Under the pieces are notes generated by a model, which made no database searches, had not been told where the DNA came from, and saw nothing but the letters and a program-made list of their open reading frames with translations. Positions 8,311-18,297 of a stretch of DNA of 21,900 nucleotides are shown piece after piece; positions within the stretch are counted from its first letter, which is position 1; each line of letters starts with the position of its first letter. The position numbers and the translations under genes are program-made. This DNA is from Candidatus Calescibacterium sp. Lineage in GTDB: Bacteria; Calescibacteriota; Calescibacteriia; Calescibacteriales; Calescibacteriaceae. The stretch lies in the NCBI GenBank assembly GCA_032249135.1, contig JAVVGL010000031.1:1-21900 (forward strand), in the 5' to 3' direction.

Positions 8311-9336
8311 TTAAGATTTCAAAGATTTTGAAACACCGGCTGATGAGAAAGTAGCCATCTGCATATATATTTTCAGTGATGTTTCTATTATAAAAGAAGC
8401 GAGAGCTCCTCCTGTTCCTTCTCCAAGGCGCATATCAAGGTCTAAAATTGGTCTTAATCCAAAAAAAGATAAAACTACATTTCCTCCGGGCTCAGCTGTT
8501 TTGTGTCCTGCAAAGACGAAATCTTTGACTTTTGGATTTATTGACCAAGCAACACAAAATCCAGCCAAAGATATGAGACCATCTAAAACCACTGGAATTT
8601 TGTTTTCTGCACAACCTAAAATGAGACCTGCAATAGCTCCTATTTCATATCCACCAAATTTACATAAGGCATCAAATCCATTTTTTGGTTTCCACCTTGA
8701 AATAGCAGATTCAACAACTTGAATTTTCTTTTTTAGCTTTTCGTCATCTATACCGGTACCTCTGCCAACAACTTTTTCTGCCGGTTGTTCAGTAATATAT
8801 GAAATGATAGCGGAGGAGGGAGTAGTATTTCCTATCCCCATATCTCCTGGGATTACAAGATCGGCATTATTTTGTTTTGCAAAATCAGCCATCTCTTTAC
8901 CAATTTCAATTGATTTTTTTGCTTCGTTCTCGGTCATAGCAGGCTCTTTTAGAAAGTTTTTAGTTCCATAATTTATCTTGCGTGGGAAGAACCTTTCAGA
9001 TTTCACATCAAAATCTTTCTTTACTCCGACATCTACAACGAAAACATCTGCTCCGACATGTTGACCTATTACATTTATAGCTGCTCCGCCGCGCAAAAAA
9101 TTAAGAACCATCTGATAAGTCACCTCTTGCGGATATGCACTAACTCCTTCCTCAGCTATTCCGTGGTCTCCGCAAAAAACAAAAATAAATTTTTTGAGAG
9201 GTAATTTGAATGAGGTTTTGCCTGTGATTTTTGCATACCGTATGACTATTTCCTCAAGATATCCTAAACTTCCTGGAGGTTTTGTGAGATCATCAAGTCT
9301 TTCCTTTACAATTTTTTCAATTTCACCGTTGAACAT
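8311..9336 (-). CDS. cobT: Nicotinate-nucleotide--dimethylbenzimidazole phosphoribosyltransferase
   Basis: LTKPPGSLGYLE, DHGIAEEGVSAYPQEVT, GDMGIGNTT, GRGTG and LDMRLGEGTG motifs. Confidence 0.97.
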   Translation of the reverse strand: MFNGEIEKIVKERLDDLTKPPGSLGYLEEIVIRYAKITGKTSFKLPLKKFIFVFCGDHGIAEEGVSAYPQEVTYQMVLNFLRGGAAINVIGQHVGADVFVVDVGVKKDFDVKSERFFPRKINYGTKNFLKEPAMTENEAKKSIEIGKEMADFAKQNNADLVIPGDMGIGNTTPSSAIISYITEQPAEKVVGRGTGIDDEKLKKKIQVVESAISRWKPKNGFDALCKFGGYEIGAIAGLILGCAENKIPVVLDGLISLAGFCVAWSINPKVKDFVFAGHKTAEPGGNVVLSFFGLRPILDLDMRLGEGTGGALASFIIETSLKIYMQMATFSSAGVSKSLKS

Positions 9337-9409
9337 AATCCCAAAAACTAAAACCGATTTATCATAATTTGCTTATCAGCAAAAATTTACTATCAAATTG
9401 ATTTTATTT

Positions 9410-10513
9410 TCAGGACTGTTTTGAGCGAATTAAAAATTTCAAATACTCCTCAATAAAGTCATCTATCTCTCCATCAAGAACTCTATCGGCTTGGGTTGTT
9501 TCATAACCAGTTCTGTGGTCTTTTACGAGTTTATAAGGGTGAAGTATATAACTTCTTATTTGATTTCCCCAGGCTATATCTTTTTTCTCAACAAGGCTTT
9601 CTTTTTCCTTTTCTTTTTTTCTTCTTTCTAACTCATATAATCTTGATTGTAAAATTCTGAGGGCTATTTGTTTGTTTTTATGTTGAGATCTTTCATTCTG
9701 GCAAACAACAACTATCCCCGTTGGAATATGTTTTATTCTCACGGCAGAATCTGTTTTATTGACATGCTGACCTCCCGGACCTGATGCTCTGAAAGTTTCA
9801 ATAATCAAATCTTTTGGATCTATATTTACCTGAATAGTTTCATCTATTTCAGGATAAACTGTGACAGCAGCAAAAGAGGTGTGCCTTCTTCTGTTTGCGT
9901 CAAAAGGAGAGATTCTCACAAGTCTATGTATTCCAGATTCTCCTTTCAAATACCCATATGCATATTCTCCTTGAATAAGTAAGGTTGCGCTTTTTATACC
10001 AGCTTGTTCACCTGGCATTTTATCTATTATTTGTACATCAAATCCAGATGATGTAGCCCATCTTATATACATCCTCATGAGCATACCAGCCCAATCCATG
10101 CTTTCGGTTCCGCCTGCTCCTGGGGTTATTTCTAAAATAGCGTTCATTTTATCGTACTTTTCGGAGAGCATAAGATCTATTTTGAGTTTTTGCAATTCTT
10201 TCCTTACTTTGGGTAAAAGATCGTTTAGTTCCAAAAGTGCATCCTGCTGATTTTCTACTTTCCATAGCTCATAAAGTGCTTGTGCATCCTCTATTAATCT
10301 TCTCACATTTTCAAATTTTTCTAATTTTTTTTCAAGTTCGCTTTTTCTCATCATAAGATTTGAAATTGATGAAAAGTCTTTTTCCTGTTCTATCATTTTT
10401 TTGATGCTATTGAGCTCATCTAAAAGTGAATTGAAATTTATGGTAGATTTTATAATCTCAAAATCTTTTTGAAGGTTCTCTATATCACTATCTAAAATCT
10501 GAACTTTCTGCAT
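9410..10513 (-). CDS. prfB: Peptide chain release factor 2 (continuous ORF, no programmed frameshift)
   Basis: GAGGTES, RLVRISPF (SPF = RF2 specificity), GPGGQHVN and WGNQIRSY motifs. Confidence 0.97.
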   Translation of the reverse strand: MQKVQILDSDIENLQKDFEIIKSTINFNSLLDELNSIKKMIEQEKDFSSISNLMMRKSELEKKLEKFENVRRLIEDAQALYELWKVENQQDALLELNDLLPKVRKELQKLKIDLMLSEKYDKMNAILEITPGAGGTESMDWAGMLMRMYIRWATSSGFDVQIIDKMPGEQAGIKSATLLIQGEYAYGYLKGESGIHRLVRISPFDANRRRHTSFAAVTVYPEIDETIQVNIDPKDLIIETFRASGPGGQHVNKTDSAVRIKHIPTGIVVVCQNERSQHKNKQIALRILQSRLYELERRKKEKEKESLVEKKDIAWGNQIRSYILHPYKLVKDHRTGYETTQADRVLDGEIDDFIEEYLKFLIRSKQS

Positions 10514-10520
10514 TTAGATT

Positions 10521-10529
10521 AATTTAACA
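10521..10529 (-). promoter_or_regulatory. Extended -10 element (TG-t-TAAATT) 7 nt upstream of the prfB ATG
   Basis: Minus strand reads tgTGtTAAATT-aatctaa-ATG; no Shine-Dalgarno. Confidence 0.55.
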
Positions 10530-10683
10530 CAAGTTGCAAGTTATCAGAAAGTTACAATTTCTTTATTTTTTATCTTGGGGTGTCATCCTTTCCTATGCTC
10601 TTCTGAGAATTTCTGATCAGGAAGGTCAAAATTATAACCCATCAACATACAAACTTTTTCAAAAAAATGATTAATTTTTTGAT

Positions 10684-13600
10684 ATGGAGTCCGCAAATTT
10701 AGTAACAATGATTAAATATGGATACCGAAAAGGCGGAACTCTAATAACAATCTATTTATTTTTGATATTGAGTTTGCTACTTTTTTCGTTCTGCTCACAA
10801 AAAAACGAATCACAAAAAAACGCACTTTCTCCTAAAATCAAAAATGTAGAACCCAGTAATATATGGAACGGAAAAGAAAATGTAATTTCTATCTTCGGAG
10901 AGAACTTCATTCAGGGTATAAAATACAATTTTTCAGAAGATAAAGCAGAAAAAATAATTTTCAGAGTATTTCTTGAAGGCGAAGATCAATCTTTTGATTT
11001 GCCTTTTTTATGTGAATCGGAGAAGTTCTGTAAGGCTTATATCAAGGAAGGAATTCCGTCAGGACTATATAAATTGGTCGTTATAAACTACTACGGATTA
11101 AGAGGTGATTATCCTATTCGGGTGATCAAAAATTTACCTCCTGTTATAACTTCCGTTTCTCGTGAGAATATATCTAATGCATCGGATCAGGAAGTATTTA
11201 TTTTTGGGGAGTACTTTGATGAAATAACTGGGGTGTTTTTGAATGAAAACAAAGTAAATTTTTATACTGTTTCATCTACAGAAATATCTTTCATAGTACC
11301 TCGTGGTTTCCAAAGGGGGAGCTATACTCTAAAAGTTTTCAACTCGGAAGGAAGTTCAGGGGAAACGAAGATAAATGTCTTTGATGGAGCCTCAATAAAG
11401 GTGAAAGTTTCTTATCCTGAGAATATATCTAAAAACTCAGAGTTCCCCGTAGATTTTGAATTGGAAAATGTAGGAGGGCTGAAAGCAGATTTGAATTTTG
11501 CCATTATCTTCGGTGGGGAAAAAGTATCAACAGGTGAGATATCCTTATCTTCACGGGAGTCAAAAAAGCTAAGCTATAGTGTTCCCATCACAGAAGTTCA
11601 AGAGATATTTTTAAATGTAAAAGGTAAAGACATATATGGCGGAGAAATAGAAGTATCGCTGAAAGAAATAGTATATGCTAAATGTTCCCAGGAAGTATGT
11701 GATGGAAAAGATAATGATTGTGATGGTATAGTAGATAATGGTGTGCTTTTGGTTTTTATGAAAGATAAAGATAAAGATGGATATAGTGATGGAGTATCAC
11801 AGCTTGCTTGTGCCCTTCCTTCACCTAATTTCAAACCAGTAAATGAGATTTTAGGGTATGATTGCAACGATGATGATCCTGAAATTTACAGCGGAAAAGC
11901 GGAAATATGCGACTACAAAGATAATGATTGCGACGGATTGGTAGATGAGGGTGTCAGAACACTATTTTGGATAGACAACGATAGAGATGGCTATGGTGAT
12001 AAAGACTCTGAACCCGTTGAAGCTTGTTTTCCACCGTCATCAAAACATGTACAAAATAATTTTGATTGTGATGACTCTGCAAAAAATGTTTATCCGGGAG
12101 CTCCTTTAGTTTGTGGAAATTCGGTTGATGAAGATTGCGATGGTAATATTGAAATTCTACTTTGGGAAGATAGAGATGGAGATTCATATACAACAAACGA
12201 TCAAGTTTGCGCCAACACATTAGCCAAAGGAATAACTTCTGTTTCAAAACCTTATGATTGCAACGACTTAGATCCTCTTGCCTATCCAGGTGCTTATGAG
12301 AAACTTAACAATCAAGATGATGACTGTGACGGAATCCCAGATGATGATCTTTCTCCAATTGCAGAAGTCTTTTTTATTTCAGCCACCAGCATAGGAATAA
12401 GATGGGAAGATAGGACGCAAGATGAGGAAAAATTTGTAATAGAATATTCGGATAGAGCAGATTTTTCTTCTTTTTCAGTGGCTGAAGTTTCACAGAATGT
12501 AACACAAGTTTATATTCAACAGCTCTTACCAGAAACAACTTACTTTTTCAGAGTTTATGCACAAAATTCTCTTGCTAAAACCTCTCCATCACAGCTTATG
12601 GCAACGACATCAAAGAAAGAAGGAAAATCTTTTGTGGCATCTGGTTCCTACCATACATGTGCCATCAAAGAAGACTATTCTCTGTGGTGCTGGGGAAGAA
12701 ATTATGCTGGTCAATTAGGAATACCGGAACTGTATGTGGAAAACACAGCAGAACCGCAGTTTGTCATGAATGATGTAGCTTTCGTAAGTGTAAATGAGGA
12801 AAATACCTGTGCTATAAAAAAAGATGGAACACTTTGGTGCTGGGGAGACAATTCAGGGGGGCAAATTGGTGATGGATCATTCGGAAGTGATGTGAGTCAG
12901 CCTACATTTGTTATGGATCGAGTAGTAAAAGTAAGCGTAGGATACAGACACACCTGTGCTATAAAGTTGGATGGATCCTTGTGGTGCTGGGGAAATAATC
13001 AATATGGGCAAGTCGGTGACGGGACCATGGGAACTATAAAACCTTTCCCAGTACAACCTATTGGCATGAGCCGAGATGTAGCTGATGTGAGCGCAGGATT
13101 TGATCACACTTGTGCTGTAAAAACCGATGGCTCTTTATGGTGTTGGGGAGGAAATGACCGGGGGCAACTTGGAGATGGAACAAACGTAGGAAAGGTTATA
13201 CCAAAGAGAATTTTCGCAAGTGGGGTAAAGAAAGTTTCCGCAGGAGCTAAATATACCTGCGCTATAAAGAATGATAGTTCCCTCTGGTGCTGGGGAGAAA
13301 ATAATACTGGACAGCTTGGATTAGGAATTATAGGAGGATATTATACAATTCCTCAATTTATTACAGACGATGTTATCAAAGTATCAACTACTGCCGGTTT
13401 GAGTTGGGGAGCTGGGCACACCTGTGCTGTAAAATCAGATGGCTCAATTTTCTGCTGGGGAAACAATAGTTACGGCCAGCTGGGAAATGGTTCTTTCGGA
13501 AATAATATACCATCCCCCTCCTCCGATATATATTTAGATGCTTTCTATAATAGGCTGACCGATATTTATTATGTTTCTGTTGGGAATTCTCATACATGTG

Positions 13601-16116
13601 CAGTGGATAATAAAAATCAGATTTGGTGCTGGGGAAATAATTATTACGGACAGCTCGGAATAGGAAAAGATTATAACTATTATCAGACATATTACAGGTT
13701 CCCAAGACAAGTTACATCAGTTGGTAAAGTAAAGGGAGTTAGTGTTGGATATTCTTCAACTTGCGTTATCAAGCAAGATAATTCTCTTTGGTGCTGGGGT
13801 GGAAACGATTCAGGACAACTTGGAGATGGAACTTTTATTTACAGAACATTTCCTCATATGAAAATTACTGATAATGTATTGCAAATTTCTGCAAATCAGT
13901 ATAATACCTGTGCTATTATATCTGACAATTCCCTCTGGTGCTGGGGGAGCAACTGGTATGGTCAACTTGGGCTCGGATTTTCAGGAGGAAATATTAATAC
14001 TCCACAAAAAGTTATGGAAGAGGTAGCTTCGGTTTCAGTTGGGGAAAACCATACATGCTCTATGAAACAAGATAATTCTCCCTTGTGCTGGGGAAATAAT
14101 TGGTGGGGGCAAATTGGAGATGGAACAAATATACAAAGGGTAAGTCCATATCCAGTGAAGATATCAGATATAGTCATATCGGTCTCCTCCGGATATGAAC
14201 ATACATGTGCTTTGATGTCGGATAGATCTCTCTGGTGCTGGGGAAAAAATTCAGAAGGACAACTTGGTAGTGGCTCAAGTAGAAATTATTGTGGTGGATG
14301 GTGGCCCAATTGCAATAAAAATCCTACCAAAATAATGGATGATGTAGTACAATTCTCAGCCGGAGCATACCACACCTGTGCAGTGAAAACAGATGGATCT
14401 CTTTGGTGCTGGGGGTATAACAATTGGGGGCAGATCGGCGATGGTTCTTTTTCAAATAGAAATATTCCAACCCTAATAATGTCATCTGGTGTTTCATCAG
14501 TGGCAGCAGGGGTAGAACACACCTGTGCAGTGAAGCAAGATGGGGCTCTGTGGTGTTGGGGAAGAAACTTTGAGGGACAGCTCGGGTTAGATCCTTCAGT
14601 TACTTCATTTACTACCACTCCTCAGCAGATACTTCCGGGTGGAGTAATTAGAGTTGTCACAGGGGGTTACCACACATGTGCTGTAATGGACAATTTAACT
14701 CTCTGGTGCTGGGGAGCTAACTGGGAGGGGCAGCTCGGTAACGATTCATGGTCAAGTACTTATACCCCATCTCAGGTAATGGCAGGAGGTTTTCCACTTT
14801 ACGTTTCATCAGTGGCAGCAGGGGAAAGACATACTTGTGCCGTAGATACTGCGGGTAATCTCTTGTGCTGGGGAAACAACTGGTTTGGTCAGGTTGGTGA
14901 CGGTACAACCTCACATAAAAACTCTCCGGTTCTGATTGCATCTGGTTTTTTATATGTTTCTGCAGGGTGGCGACATACTTGTGCAGTAAAACAAGATGGA
15001 TCTTTATGGTGTTGGGGAAGGAATATGGAAGGTCAAATTGGAGATGGAAATACCCCGGGCTCAGATGATTGTAGTATCTGGGACTTTGGTAATGATTGTA
15101 ACAAATTTCCTACATATATAGCCTCTGATGTCACAGCAGTTTCTGTAGGAGCAAGGCACACTTGTGCCACAAAGCAAAATGGCTCTCTTTGGTGCTGGGG
15201 AGATAACAATTGGGGACAACTTGGAAACGGAACTCGTGTTCGAAAAACTACTCCATATCCGGTAATTACACCAGCTGGAGCTTTATCAATCTCCGTTGGA
15301 AGAGGATACTCATGCGCAATAAAAACCGATGGCTCATTATGGTGTTGGGGAAATAACTCTAGTGGACAGCTTGGAAATGGTGAAAGTGTATGGGATAGTT
15401 CTTACTTACCCTCTCAAGTTTCACCTCCGATGCTATCTGATGTATCGTTTGTCTCTTTGGGTGGTGGGCATAGTTGTGCCATCAAAATTGATGGTTCATT
15501 ATGGTGCTGGGGTAATAATTGGAGTGGACAGGTTGGAGATGGTACCACTCAACAGAGAGTTTATCCTGTGTTGGTAGCAAATAATGTACTAACCGCTTCC
15601 CTGGGAGACAGTCACACTTGCGCAATAAAACAAGATAGGTCTTTATGGTGCTGGGGAGCAAACTGGTATGGGCAAGTTGGAGTAGGTCCCGTAGGTAGTG
15701 TTCTTTCTCCTAACGAGGTTATGCAAGATGCTATTACCGTTTCTGCTGGTTACTACCACACATGTGCAATAAAAATTGATGGTACTTTGTGGTGCTGGGG
15801 GTGGAACTCTTACGGTCAGGTGGATGGAAATGGAACTTTTGACACAAATGAAGCTTTTGCGAGAAAAGTTACCTTTAGTTATTCTTCACCTGCTCCCCGT
15901 CTTAAATTCATCTACAAAGATAACAATAATAAGCTTTCCGATCTTAGCGACACTAATGAGTTTTCTCAACCATATTCTTGCCTTTCTTTTGGTATAAGAG
16001 CTTTTGATTTTGTCTTAATTATGGTAGTAATTTATTTCTTCGCAAAAAGAAGGAGTTTATTAAAATTAGTTAATTTGAAAAACGAGAGAAAAATTAGAAT
16101 AAAAGAAAGGAGGTAA
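10684..16116 (+). CDS. Large cell-surface protein: signal/lipobox-like N-terminus, IPT/Ig-like domains, 4 MopE-type Cys/Asp repeats, FN3, 21 RCC1/BLIP-II repeats, C-terminal Cys-TM-basic tail
   Basis: [10 protein letters not shown] signal; PKIKNVEP and [11 protein letters not shown]-like starts; EICDxxDNDCDGxVD repeats; [17 protein letters not shown]3 motif; 21 copies of HTCAxxxDGxLWCWGxNxxGQxG; alternative ATG at 10708. Confidence 0.9.
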   Translation: MESANLVTMIKYGYRKGGTLITIYLFLILSLLLFSFCSQKNESQKNALSPKIKNVEPSNIWNGKENVISIFGENFIQGIKYNFSEDKAEKIIFRVFLEGEDQSFDLPFLCESEKFCKAYIKEGIPSGLYKLVVINYYGLRGDYPIRVIKNLPPVITSVSRENISNASDQEVFIFGEYFDEITGVFLNENKVNFYTVSSTEISFIVPRGFQRGSYTLKVFNSEGSSGETKINVFDGASIKVKVSYPENISKNSEFPVDFELENVGGLKADLNFAIIFGGEKVSTGEISLSSRESKKLSYSVPITEVQEIFLNVKGKDIYGGEIEVSLKEIVYAKCSQEVCDGKDNDCDGIVDNGVLLVFMKDKDKDGYSDGVSQLACALPSPNFKPVNEILGYDCNDDDPEIYSGKAEICDYKDNDCDGLVDEGVRTLFWIDNDRDGYGDKDSEPVEACFPPSSKHVQNNFDCDDSAKNVYPGAPLVCGNSVDEDCDGNIEILLWEDRDGDSYTTNDQVCANTLAKGITSVSKPYDCNDLDPLAYPGAYEKLNNQDDDCDGIPDDDLSPIAEVFFISATSIGIRWEDRTQDEEKFVIEYSDRADFSSFSVAEVSQNVTQVYIQQLLPETTYFFRVYAQNSLAKTSPSQLMATTSKKEGKSFVASGSYHTCAIKEDYSLWCWGRNYAGQLGIPELYVENTAEPQFVMNDVAFVSVNEENTCAIKKDGTLWCWGDNSGGQIGDGSFGSDVSQPTFVMDRVVKVSVGYRHTCAIKLDGSLWCWGNNQYGQVGDGTMGTIKPFPVQPIGMSRDVADVSAGFDHTCAVKTDGSLWCWGGNDRGQLGDGTNVGKVIPKRIFASGVKKVSAGAKYTCAIKNDSSLWCWGENNTGQLGLGIIGGYYTIPQFITDDVIKVSTTAGLSWGAGHTCAVKSDGSIFCWGNNSYGQLGNGSFGNNIPSPSSDIYLDAFYNRLTDIYYVSVGNSHTCAVDNKNQIWCWGNNYYGQLGIGKDYNYYQTYYRFPRQVTSVGKVKGVSVGYSSTCVIKQDNSLWCWGGNDSGQLGDGTFIYRTFPHMKITDNVLQISANQYNTCAIISDNSLWCWGSNWYGQLGLGFSGGNINTPQKVMEEVASVSVGENHTCSMKQDNSPLCWGNNWWGQIGDGTNIQRVSPYPVKISDIVISVSSGYEHTCALMSDRSLWCWGKNSEGQLGSGSSRNYCGGWWPNCNKNPTKIMDDVVQFSAGAYHTCAVKTDGSLWCWGYNNWGQIGDGSFSNRNIPTLIMSSGVSSVAAGVEHTCAVKQDGALWCWGRNFEGQLGLDPSVTSFTTTPQQILPGGVIRVVTGGYHTCAVMDNLTLWCWGANWEGQLGNDSWSSTYTPSQVMAGGFPLYVSSVAAGERHTCAVDTAGNLLCWGNNWFGQVGDGTTSHKNSPVLIASGFLYVSAGWRHTCAVKQDGSLWCWGRNMEGQIGDGNTPGSDDCSIWDFGNDCNKFPTYIASDVTAVSVGARHTCATKQNGSLWCWGDNNWGQLGNGTRVRKTTPYPVITPAGALSISVGRGYSCAIKTDGSLWCWGNNSSGQLGNGESVWDSSYLPSQVSPPMLSDVSFVSLGGGHSCAIKIDGSLWCWGNNWSGQVGDGTTQQRVYPVLVANNVLTASLGDSHTCAIKQDRSLWCWGANWYGQVGVGPVGSVLSPNEVMQDAITVSAGYYHTCAIKIDGTLWCWGWNSYGQVDGNGTFDTNEAFARKVTFSYSSPAPRLKFIYKDNNNKLSDLSDTNEFSQPYSCLSFGIRAFDFVLIMVVIYFFAKRRSLLKLVNLKNERKIRIKERR
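11683..12348 (+). repeat. Four MopE-type (putative metal-binding) Cys/Asp repeats alternating with DxDxDG Ca-binding-like loops
   Basis: [49 protein letters not shown]; linkers DKDKDGY, DNDRDGY, DRDGDSY. Confidence 0.8.
12631..15876 (+). repeat. 21 tandem RCC1/BLIP-II beta-propeller blades (about 50 aa each)
   Basis: Counted 21 CWG motifs, each preceded by [TS]C and followed by xNxxGQ. Confidence 0.9.
16108..16114 (+). promoter_or_regulatory. Shine-Dalgarno overlapping the end of the RCC1 gene (translational coupling to the next gene)
   Basis: AGGAGGT at 16108-16114, stop at 16114-16116, ATG at 16123. Confidence 0.75.
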
Positions 16117-16122
16117 GAAGGT

Positions 16123-17778
16123 ATGCCCTTTTTAGGATTATTGTTATTCAATTTCTTACCACCGCATATTATTATTTCATTTTCTTTTATCTTATCTGAG
16201 GAAAGGTTCATATGTGGAGTTCGTGAGGAGTTCTACTTGATTTCTCTGAACTCAGATGGTGCAATAGATGATGTTGTCAAGGAAATTCGTGGAATTCAAG
16301 CTTCAAAGGAAAAGGAAGCTGTATGGAAATTAGTTTTTAATGGTGAAGATAAATTCTCAGTAGAGTTCAAAGATGGAAAGATAAAAGAGGTTACTTTGAA
16401 CAAAACATGTTTTGTTCAATTAGAAAATCCCCCAGAAATTTTTCCTGTATCTTCAACTCAAATTAGCGTAAATTTCGTTTTACCTCCTGGAAATTTTTTT
16501 GGTTTTTCAGCAACTGCATCAGGGTTCCCTTTTAGTAAAGTGAATATAATAAAAGAAAAAGAAAAAATTTCTGTTGAAATTTTATACACAAAATTTCAGG
16601 AAGGTGCTTATGAGGATTCAATTTTTTTCTCAGCAGTCTCAAATTCCTCTCCAAATACACAATACAAATTTTTTTACATAGGGAAAATCCCTATACCTGA
16701 ATACATGGTAATATCAGGTGTTTCAGAAGTTCCAAATTCTCAAGGTAAAATAATAGTGGGGAAGAGAGAAACTTCATTTGTGTCCGATAATAGGGGGAGG
16801 TTTAATGTTAATGTTCCCATTTTCCTTGATGATAAGGAAATAAAGATAGTGTATCAGGGAAAAGAAGGGAAGATAAATGAAGAAGTCAGAAAAGTAAATA
16901 TAAAGAAGGATTACTTGCAAAGACCTTTGATAATTACAGAGAAATTGGGAAATAAACTTTTGATTTTCGGAAGTGACGAAACATTGATGAAAGATATTTC
17001 CTTCAAAAAAGTTTCCGGATCACAAAATTATACTGTTGAAAAGTTGGGAAAAACATCAATAGTATTTATTCCTCAGTTCGGCAGATACATAGTTGAAGTT
17101 CAACGGAAAAATATTGAGATAAATGTTGAAAGAATTCCTTATAGGTTAATAATATTTACTCCTGATGAACAAGAGAAGGAAATTGTCAGAAGTAAAGCTG
17201 GAAGAGAAATAAGAATAAAAGTTGGAGTACAAGATATAACTGGTCAGAAAATTGAACCATCTGAGTTCCCATATATTCATAAAGAGATCCCGCCAAGGAA
17301 AGTTGAATTGGAAATAAGCGGCGGAATAGGTGGGGGTATTAATACAAAGTTTAAAAGAATTTCTTTCAAAAATGTGTATTCTTTCCTTTTGATGTTTCCA
17401 ACTGGAAAAATCTCACCTTTTTTGGGAGTTGAGGGAGGATTTGTATCTTATCCTGGGAATATAGATGTTTTACAAATTTTTTCTGCCCCAGTTCTTGGGG
17501 TAAATTGGAAAGCTTTTAAATCTTTAGCTTTAAGATTAGCTCCTGCTTTTCCTGCAAGTTTTATAAAGCTTGAAGGAGGAAGTTTTGAAAAAGATTTAGG
17601 TTTATTTGGTGTTCAACCAAATCTCTCGTTTATTTTAGGAAAAGAGCCATTATTTTTTGGACTTTCTTTCTCCTATATGCATCATGCTTTCAAAAACACA
17701 GATCTGGGAAACATAGAGTTTGATATAAAGGAATTAAATTCATTTTTCTCAACTTTAAGAGTTTTCTATGTGTTTTGA
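16123..17778 (+). CDS. Hypothetical exported protein with predicted C-terminal outer-membrane beta-barrel
   Basis: Hydrophobic N-terminus; beta-rich middle; last ~160 aa form about 8 amphipathic strands ending LRVFYVF (terminal Phe, beta-signal-like). Confidence 0.7.
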   Translation: MPFLGLLLFNFLPPHIIISFSFILSEERFICGVREEFYLISLNSDGAIDDVVKEIRGIQASKEKEAVWKLVFNGEDKFSVEFKDGKIKEVTLNKTCFVQLENPPEIFPVSSTQISVNFVLPPGNFFGFSATASGFPFSKVNIIKEKEKISVEILYTKFQEGAYEDSIFFSAVSNSSPNTQYKFFYIGKIPIPEYMVISGVSEVPNSQGKIIVGKRETSFVSDNRGRFNVNVPIFLDDKEIKIVYQGKEGKINEEVRKVNIKKDYLQRPLIITEKLGNKLLIFGSDETLMKDISFKKVSGSQNYTVEKLGKTSIVFIPQFGRYIVEVQRKNIEINVERIPYRLIIFTPDEQEKEIVRSKAGREIRIKVGVQDITGQKIEPSEFPYIHKEIPPRKVELEISGGIGGGINTKFKRISFKNVYSFLLMFPTGKISPFLGVEGGFVSYPGNIDVLQIFSAPVLGVNWKAFKSLALRLAPAFPASFIKLEGGSFEKDLGLFGVQPNLSFILGKEPLFFGLSFSYMHHAFKNTDLGNIEFDIKELNSFFSTLRVFYVF

Positions 17779-17849
17779 TGTAGTTTAGTGCTAAAAATTT
17801 TAAAAATTAGCAAAGTTGTCTTTATTTTATATTATGAACTATCAAATAT

Positions 17850-18293
17850 TTAATCTTTCGTATTTGTGATGATAGGTGGAGGCTTTATTCTTCTGAAAAT
17901 CTGAAAAACGAAAATGAAAATACCAGAAGAAAAAAGCAAATAAGAAAAAAACCTTAAAGAATGAGGAGAAAAACTTTTTAGGAAAGCAGATCTAAAAAAA
18001 GCAGAGAAAAGAGAAATCATAAGTCCAAGATTTACCAGAATAAAAGTTATAGCAGGAAAAATTGGGTTCCCCCTAAAAGTTCCCTCTTTTAGCCGAGGTA
18101 ATATCCACCAAGAAACTCCTGCTATAAAGTTAAAGAACCATCCAAAAATCATAAAATCAAGATGGACTGGGATCAGAAAAAGGAATCTGAATTGAGGGAA
18201 CACTTTTGATAAAGATATGAGAACTCCCAAAAAAGCTCCGGCTAAAAGATAAAAACAAGAAGTTCCAACAAAAATCTTTGATAAAGTCGGCAT
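17850..18293 (-). CDS. Four-TM membrane protein, single-unit heme-copper oxidase/NnrS-like (paralog 2)
   Basis: HLDFMIFGWFFNFIAGVSWWILPR motif; four hydrophobic segments; similar to the adjacent gene. Confidence 0.7.
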   Translation of the reverse strand: MPTLSKIFVGTSCFYLLAGAFLGVLISLSKVFPQFRFLFLIPVHLDFMIFGWFFNFIAGVSWWILPRLKEGTFRGNPIFPAITFILVNLGLMISLFSAFFRSAFLKSFSPHSLRFFSYLLFSSGIFIFVFQIFRRIKPPPIITNTKD

Positions 18294-18297
18294 AATT

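Noticed and set aside
3457-10623. 12-nt match TCTGATCAGGAA at 3457 and 10612
   Set aside because: Only two copies in unrelated contexts, one at the cobS start; compatible with chance
10575-10650. TPP riboswitch-like words (GGGGTG, CTGAGA, CTGATCAGG, ATAACCC) between prfB and the RCC1 gene
   Set aside because: Elements are in the wrong order, the GAACCTGAT...TAAT...GCG-AGGGA half is missing, and the downstream gene is not thiamine-related; an Infernal RF00059 search would settle it
12631-15876. Diversity-generating retroelement or CRISPR-like array as an explanation for the repeats
   Set aside because: Repeats are degenerate, in-frame protein repeats; no reverse transcriptase, no adenine-specific TR/VR pair, no identical repeats with spacers, no cas genes
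17789-17812. Inverted repeat TGCTAA-N12-TTAGCA between convergent genes as a terminator
   Set aside because: Short AT-rich stem with a long loop and no clear U-tract; too weak to call
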